Both the position numbers and the translations under genes were made by a program. From Eledone cirrhosa (taxonomy: Eukaryota): DNA of 64,000 nucleotides. The stretch's first letter is position 1. The number at the start of each line of letters is the position of its first letter. Where the stretch lies: the NCBI GenBank assembly GCA_964016885.1, contig OZ024747.1, positions 17,484,001 through 17,548,000 on the forward strand, read 5' to 3'. The notes under the pieces were generated by a model that saw only the letters and a program-made list of their open reading frames with translations, had not been told where the DNA came from and did not search any database. This document shows positions 56,289 to 64,000 of the stretch, piece after piece.

Positions 56289-57493
56289 GAATAGATAACC
56301 GCACTAGAGATCACGACCCCGGCGATGGTGACCACTGTAGATTACTCGAACTATTCCCCTATTACAAAACCAACAAAGGCGACGGCCTACTACCAACGCC
56401 TTCCAACCAACATCTTCCTGTACATAAACATGGAAGAGGTAGGAAGAGTGCACCCGAGCATAAAGTGAAAGGGGCACTGAACGGGCGACTGCGCACTAAC
56501 ACACATCAGAGCGGTCACCTAGATGGAACCACCCGTAGCAAACGTACAAGGACAGGTAATCGCCACCGTAACGTCCTATGGTTCCCCCCCCCCCCCTACT
56601 CTCGGAGTGTGGCCTCCAACATACCCCGGATGTTCTTCGAAGCCTTAGAGAAGAACTTCCCGCCCAACCATAGGTATAGAAAAATTCTTAATAGGAACAA
56701 TATAAAAATATCCTTCTCTACTACTCCTAACCTAGCAGACATCTTAGGAACAACGAACCACAGTAAGATCACCAAGGCACAACACCTCGACTCAGACGCA
56801 CCTACACCTGACAATAACTATATCGGCCTTAACAACTCCCTAGCAGCATCCAATAGTGTTGGCAACGGCATCCGCAGACGCAACCAGCATAACCGCGAAA
56901 TGACTGGGAAACATGGAGGACATGACGTGCGGAATAACAATCGCACCACCCCGCGTGCTGTTGGTTGTAATGGTGGTAACGACAGCTGCGGTAGCGTGGG
57001 TAACAACGTAGGCAGCAACAATGATAGCCTTACCGTAGGAAATAGACGGAATCGCGACAGAAATTGCAACTGCCGCGACAGAGAACGCTGCCCCCTTAGA
57101 GGATACTGCTTGACTGATAGGGTTATATATAGATGCACTATAACTAGCCACAATAGCGTTAAACACTATATAGTGGCTACCTCCGGTCCGTTCAAAATTA
57201 GGTTTCGAACACATCTCCACTCTTTCACAAATAAAAAACTAAGACACTCCACTTCGCTCGCGGACTACATCACATCACTAAAGGACTTAAACATCAGCTT
57301 TTCCACGCACTGGGATATTGTCGGAAGGGCTGCACCGTACAACTTCAAGAGGAAATGCGATCTTTGCCTCATGGAGCTCTACCACATCATAACTGCACCC
57401 CACGATCTCATCAACAGCAGAGCTGAAACAGCGATAAGTTGTACACATCGCTTAAAAATATCCTCCTTCAGATGGGTTAAACATGAGGAGTGA
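56285..57493 (+). mobile_element. Penelope-like element, 5'-truncated: post-RT region, linker and GIY-YIG endonuclease (Hydra-group-like)
   Basis: VLWFPPPPYS..V..NI...F...LEKNFP..H...KILNRN.IKISFS, CNC-x5-CPL.GYC, VIY...YIV.T...FK.R...H..SF, CDLC..E, INSRAE....CTH; (TA)n flanks. Confidence 0.88.
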
Positions 57494-57497
57494 AATG

Positions 57498-57657
<160 letters not shown>

Positions 57658-57664
57658 TATATAC

Positions 57665-57728
<64 letters not shown>

Positions 57729-57904
57729 ATATATATATGAAGTAATTCCGTCGGAAAAGTCCAGGAAAAAAGAGTGCTCTATGTAGGTAACAGAGCTTAA
57801 TAGTTATGTAATAAACAACATAAGACAATAATTTCATTTACCAGTGGTTTCTTAAAAGCAAACAAATTTTGCTTTCAATCATCAGAATGAAAATATCCGA
57901 ATTT

Positions 57905-57987
57905 TTTCATCGTTACGGGGTCGATAAAATAAAGTACCAGTAATGCACTGGTAATTGCTGGCCTTGTGCCAAAAGTAGAAACAATTA
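57905..57987 (+). mobile_element. SINE 3' half
   Basis: Family core. Confidence 0.7.
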
Positions 57988-58360
57988 TTTTTTACAATAA
58001 TAATAATGAGGTGTATAAAACCACTAAATGGTTCAGTGGGTTTATACACCTCATTATTAGACTACAGGGTTATTCAAAAATATTGAACCGATTTCATAAC
58101 GCATTGCAATAAAATCGGTATATTATAGTCAAAAATATTAAGGTAAGCCCAGGTTGTTTCACGTAGCAACATCTGCAAACTTCCTATACTCTTTTACCTG
58201 TTTCAGCCATCCGGCTGAGGCCATGCTGGGGCACCGTATATATATATTTTTTTTAAACCCGAAAATATTTGGGATTATTAAATTTGCTAAGGTAACATTC
58301 TATCGTTATCTTGACACATTTAATTTTCTAATGCATTGTATGGCTTTTAAAATTATTCAA

Positions 58361-58420
<60 letters not shown>

Positions 58421-58428
<8 letters not shown>

Positions 58429-58748
58429 AGATCAAAAGATGGTTAAAGGAGTTCCATGTATTTTATTATGCGCATTTCAAAAACAAACATCATCATGCAA
58501 TAATATTTGTGTTTTCATCAGATAAAACAGGAGAACATGATATGAAGACTAAAAAACACTTGTGGATAGTGCAGTTTTAAATCAACATATCATAAATATA
58601 TATTGAAATGCGCATAATAAAATACATGGAACTCCTTTAACCATCTTTTGATCTTATATTATGTATACTCCAGTCCTACAAACTGTAGAGTGCTTCTTAT
58701 CCGATATCTGCATTGCTTTATTGTACTACAATAAAACTCACCTCCTAC
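58421..58748. mobile_element. Penelope-like inverted pLTR stub in (TA)n
   Basis: 60 bp perfect inverted repeat 58421-58480 / 58603-58662; AATAAA at ~58730; contains a hammerhead. Confidence 0.7.
58461..58527 (-). ncRNA. Type I hammerhead ribozyme (palindromic stem III)
   Basis: Minus strand: TTTTAT CTGATGA [long AT-rich stem II] GAA ATGCGCAT A ATAAAA. Confidence 0.8.
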
Positions 58749-58885
<137 letters not shown>

Positions 58886-59353
58886 AAAGAATTTGAAGGC
58901 CGACTGCACGCTCAGTTTGTTTCAGGTAACAACATCTGCAAGCTTCTTATGTATATATGTATGTACGTATGTTTGTATGCAAATATGTGGGAGGTATATG
59001 TTTAGAATGAGAGAGAGGGATTAACTTGATAATCAGACATGTCATTAATTCTTAAAGTTTCTCACCAGACGATTTTCCACTGTCTTTTAATTGTTTTAAT
59101 AATTGTCTACATTACTTACGTTATAACATCTTATCATTGATACGATATATACTTACTACGTTTCAATACTCTCATTGTTATTCCCATATGTTTAGAATTT
59201 CTTACATATTTTCATATTACTAACAATCAGATATCAATGTAAATCAATTTGTTGTTTTTGTTTCCGTCTTACAAGTAATATTATTTTGCAACTTATTCGA
59301 TTTAGTACATGTTCTGCGTGTTATGTTTTCTTTCAGTATGACATACTTGACCC

Positions 59354-59395
<42 letters not shown>

Positions 59396-59444
59396 GTGTG
59401 TGTGGGTGGGTGTGTGTGTGTGTATATATATATATTTATATATG

Positions 59445-59563
<119 letters not shown>

Positions 59564-59684
59564 ATATATATATATTTATGTATATATATATATATTTATA
59601 TATGTATATATATATTTATATATGTATATATTTTTATATGTATATATATTTATATATGTATCTATATATATGAACAATATATAT

Positions 59685-59726
<42 letters not shown>

Positions 59727-60263
59727 TGCACAATAAATTTTCTTCGGTGTTTCTCTTAACAGATTTTTGGTTAAGATATCTAAAGCATCATAGTATTTTA
59801 ATGTGACTGTATCTATCTTACAATCTACACATCGATAAAATCAAAAACGATCTTGGTGTTATTTTTTTTTGTCGCCTGATATAAATACTTTCATAACGAT
59901 ACTCTTGTTACCAAAGAATATACCACAAAACTGAAAAGTTAACTAAATAATCGCTTTATATCTTTATATATATATAGAGAGAGAGATAGATAGATATCGC
60001 ATATGTACGTACGTATATTTAATTATATATACACATACGTACATACATACATGCTATCATACATACATTCATGCATACATAAATACATACATATACACAT
60101 ACATACATACCTACCTACATGCATGCATACATACACACATACACACATGCATGCACACATACATACACACATACATACATACACACATACATACATACAT
60201 ACACACATACATACATACATACATACATACACACATACACACATACATGCATGCATACATACA

Positions 60264-60297
<34 letters not shown>

Positions 60298-60370
60298 CAT
60301 ACATACATACATACATACATACATACATACATACATACATACATACATACATACATACATACATACATAC

Positions 60371-61400
60371 AAAAGGTTGGCAACCATCTTGCTCAGGTTT
60401 ATGAGCATGAAAAAAAATATAATTAGAATAGCGACTGATCTGGAGGAGAGATATGGAATAAAGCCTGATATAAATCTCTCACCCAGAGAAATCGGAAGAT
60501 CCTACTCAATGTTCAAACAAGATGAAAAAATTGAGCAATTTACAGAAAAAGGTGTGCATGGATACTTGAGACGTAAAACACAGACCATAGAGGGGATAAA
60601 CCACTCAAAAAGCCTGGCATGGAGTTCCGACAAGTTTATGACATCACACCTTGAGGGATATCTCTATGCAATACAGGAACAAGAACTCCCTACCAAATAT
60701 CTGCTGCAGAAAAGGGGAGGGCCATCAGCTGACAATAAATGTAGGCTATGTAAAACAAAGATCGAGGATGTAAGCCACATTGTTGCCAGCTGCGAAAGAA
60801 TGTCATCTCGCTACTACCTCCCCATGAGACACAATGGGATAGCTAGAACCATCTGGAACGCACTTCGGAAAACAAAATTAACAACAAACGAGGAAGAATA
60901 TATTGAGAAAGATGGCACTAAGGAATACTAGTGGAACCTGAAAATAAAACCTGCCACCAAATTAAAGCACAACCGGCCTGATATTGTTGTTTGGGACCAC
61001 ACATTGAAAACGTGTTCTGTTGTGGAGATCAGCTGCCCACTTGATGTAAACGTTGTCAGAAAAATACAGGAGAAGGAGGACATCTACGGACCATTGACGA
61101 GGAGTTTACAAATCCAGTATTCAAGATACACCTTTAGCTTCATACCCATCATTATTGGAGCTACGGGTTATATACCAACCTGCTTGGACCAAAGTATGAC
61201 TGAACTAGGATTTGCCGACAAAGAGCGCAGCTCCCTAATTCATAGTCTACAAATGGCTGCGATAGCTGGCACCTTCAAAATTTGCAAAACATTCTTGCGA
61301 TTCAAGGAATGACAATTTCTTTTCTTTTACAACTTTGCCACCAGGAAGGTGGCCGGTCAAAAAAAATATACTCGAAATTAAGAGAAAGAGATAACATACA
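60371..61400 (+). mobile_element. Second R4/Dong-clade family, 5'-truncated (Zn knuckle plus RLE)
   Basis: EGYLYAIQEQ, CRLC....EDVSHIVASC, RHN, RPDI, EISCP, KEDIY; one in-frame TAG at 60929-60931; preceded by (TACA)n, followed by ACATACA. Confidence 0.9.
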
Positions 61401-62649
61401 TAGACGAAGTCTCTCGGTGAATAAATAAGAACATTTAAAAGGTACTAAACGCGTCCAGCTTAGCAGACGTAGGTATCTCTGCTCGATAATGACTTTTCTT
61501 TCGGAGTCTATAAACTGTGCTGATTACATATACAGGTATGAAAAGGTTCATCTATGTATGATGCCAAAATAAACAATGTTAAATACATCATTTACCTAGA
61601 TTTAAGAACTTTTAATCTATGTTGTGTAGACAATGGTAGAAAAAAATAATTATCCTAAACTTTATTTAGAATTATATTTTAACTCACATTCTATGCTTTA
61701 CATCGAACAATACATTATTTCTCCTTTTGAAGAAAATACGAAAGAAATAAACTGAATCATAAACATCGAATTGAGAATGTTCAGGTAAATCCTCACATGG
61801 ATTTAGTGATGCGATTATGTGACAAGATTTCCCTGAACAAAAATCCGTTCTGAACCCAGAGAATCTAATATCAATACACTGCTGTATAAACGTATACTTC
61901 CCAAAAAATGTAATGCATTTAAGTCTTTGCTTGGTGTAATAGAACAAGCTTTACCATTCTCTTTCTTTGAATGTATCATCGAACATTTCGTTCAATAGAT
62001 CATCTTTAAACCCTAAGTGAAGTTATTTATTGCTGAATCGTCCTTTAATTATTGACTTAGCAGTTGTTCTTATATTATCTGCTTGGTTAAAACATGCATA
62101 GCAAGTACATAAAACCTATAGCCTGATAAATGTGTCCGAACACGAAAGAGCCGAACCCCCACTGCCATCGCCTCCATCTCTATCGCCTTACCTACCTCTC
62201 TGTATTATGAGAAAATGGGGTCCTACGTGCTGGCAGCCCTAAGGCCCCGCCGGACAGAATGGAGAAGGCGTTTCCCCGGAGGATGGTAAGGGAGATACTG
62301 TGTAGTGAGAACAAACAAAAGAACACACGCATCGCGCAACATGTAAGGTTGGGACAGATTATGTAACTGGAACTAACTATCAGCAATCAGTAATATTTTT
62401 TTTACTAATTCTTCATGCTTTAGTTATTCTCGTGAGGGATTCTGTTCTAATCGTTTGCTTTAATATCTTGGCGAATCTACTCCTGTTGTTATGTGGCAAT
62501 TTTCTAAGTATTGATGTTTCATTTGGTTCTGATTATAGGTGCAAGGATATTTTCCTGCTGGTGTGAGTGATATGTTTTCTAATCTTGCTTCCTTTTCGCC
62601 CTGTGCCTCGACAGAAAGATGGTCTTACTCTCTCACTTTCTTGTCTCTA

Positions 62650-62900
62650 TAAATACATAAACACGTACATACATACATATATGCATAAACATACACGTAC
62701 ATACATACATATATATAAATATATATGCAAACATACACACATACATACGTACATAAACACGTACATATGTATGTATGTATACATGCATACATACATACAT
62801 ACAAACATACATACATACATACATACATACATACATACATACATACATACATACATACATACATACATACATACATACATACATACATACATACATACAT
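62650..62900. repeat. (TACA)n microsatellite
   Basis: Directly visible. Confidence 0.95.
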
Positions 62901-63898
62901 GGGTAAACACGTATACATGTATGTATAATTACATACACGAATTCTGTTTCCAATTATACTGTACTTCAAAGTCTTTGCTCGAACGTCCCAGTTGCAATAC
63001 GCTTCGTCTTTGCTTGGGAAAGTCTAGACTGACAGGCACGATCAAATTCATGTGCAGACATTTTGTTGGAAGTGTTATATTTTCAAATCAATTTTTCCTT
63101 TGCCCCGGTGGTATTGTGGTTTTGCTGACGGTTGGTTGTGTACATACTTTAGCGTCTAATCTCTCAAAGCACAGATAAAAATTTTAACAATGCCCAACAA
63201 TTACTAACTGTCTACGACAGATTATATGGTCTCAAAACTATATATTTGATGAAAACAAAGCTGAGCAGGTTTCTCTGTTATATATTGACAAAACAAGACA
63301 CAATAAAATTAAATATGGAATACAATAAACATTATCTTATAAAAGTATTCAGCAAAATATTTAGCTTTATCATATTTTATTTCATGAGTTTTATTTTCTA
63401 ATACCCAAAGCTAACTGCCAACACAAAACATTTTTTGTGGATATGAAGAAAAGATATATGATGATGGAGGCTTGAATTGTAAATATTAATTGATGCCAAA
63501 ATTGCTGAAAGATTACAGTACTGTTAAATTGAATGAACATAGATGTGAATTTATGTCGCTTAAAAAGCGACGTTAATATATATTTGCTGTTTCTCTATGA
63601 TTGCCTGTAATAAATGCTTAGAGTTATTTCCTCTGTCTGGTTGCAAACAACATAAGACTCAGTGGAGTTTATTAAATGCACTGTTGTTTAATGAAAATGA
63701 TTTACATTCGGGTTATTTAGGGATAAGTGTGTCTTCTGTCCTCAGCTTGTGTCACCATAAATATCACGTCTACCATTCATTTTTTACAAGTAAATTCATT
63801 TAAAAGTATTTGCCTACTGTTTGTATGCTTTGACAATCTATTCATTTAGTATTTCCCTCCCGCTAATCTCATATATGTCTTGCAGGTATGACTAAGGT

Positions 63899-63934
<36 letters not shown>

Positions 63935-64000
63935 ATAATAATAAATTTTTGAAGACTAAAATCCAAAGAGGGTTCGATAAGGATAAATATATATCAATTA

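Noticed and set aside
57865-57895. Minus-strand CTGATGA-TT-GAAAGC
   Set aside because: No stem II, no UH cleavage site and no stem I
61684-61947. Possible host exon (87 aa ORF)
   Set aside because: No recognisable domain or convincing splice context

Overview
AT-rich, microsatellite-dense eukaryotic non-coding DNA, most likely cephalopod (Octopus-like). That assignment is inferred from the SINE families and the repeat landscape. No host gene is supported, and nearly all ORF-track entries are translations of (TA)n/(TACA)n/(CA)n/(GTT)n repeats. The real content is retroelements: R4/Dong-like restriction-like-endonuclease LINE fragments in (TACA)n, RTE LINE 3' ends (one family ends in three C2H2 fingers), two related non-autonomous bipartite RTE-derived families, Penelope-like fragments and hairpin stubs in (TA)n, many tRNA-derived SINEs, a probable non-autonomous Helitron and a Tc1/mariner MITE. 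The main candidate novelty is an RTE-derived element (39293-39812) with a canonical type I hammerhead ribozyme at its 5' end. It also has a helix joining its 5' and 3' modules that is kept, with a different sequence, in its sister family. A second intact hammerhead lies at 58461-58527 (-) in a Penelope-like hairpin stub.
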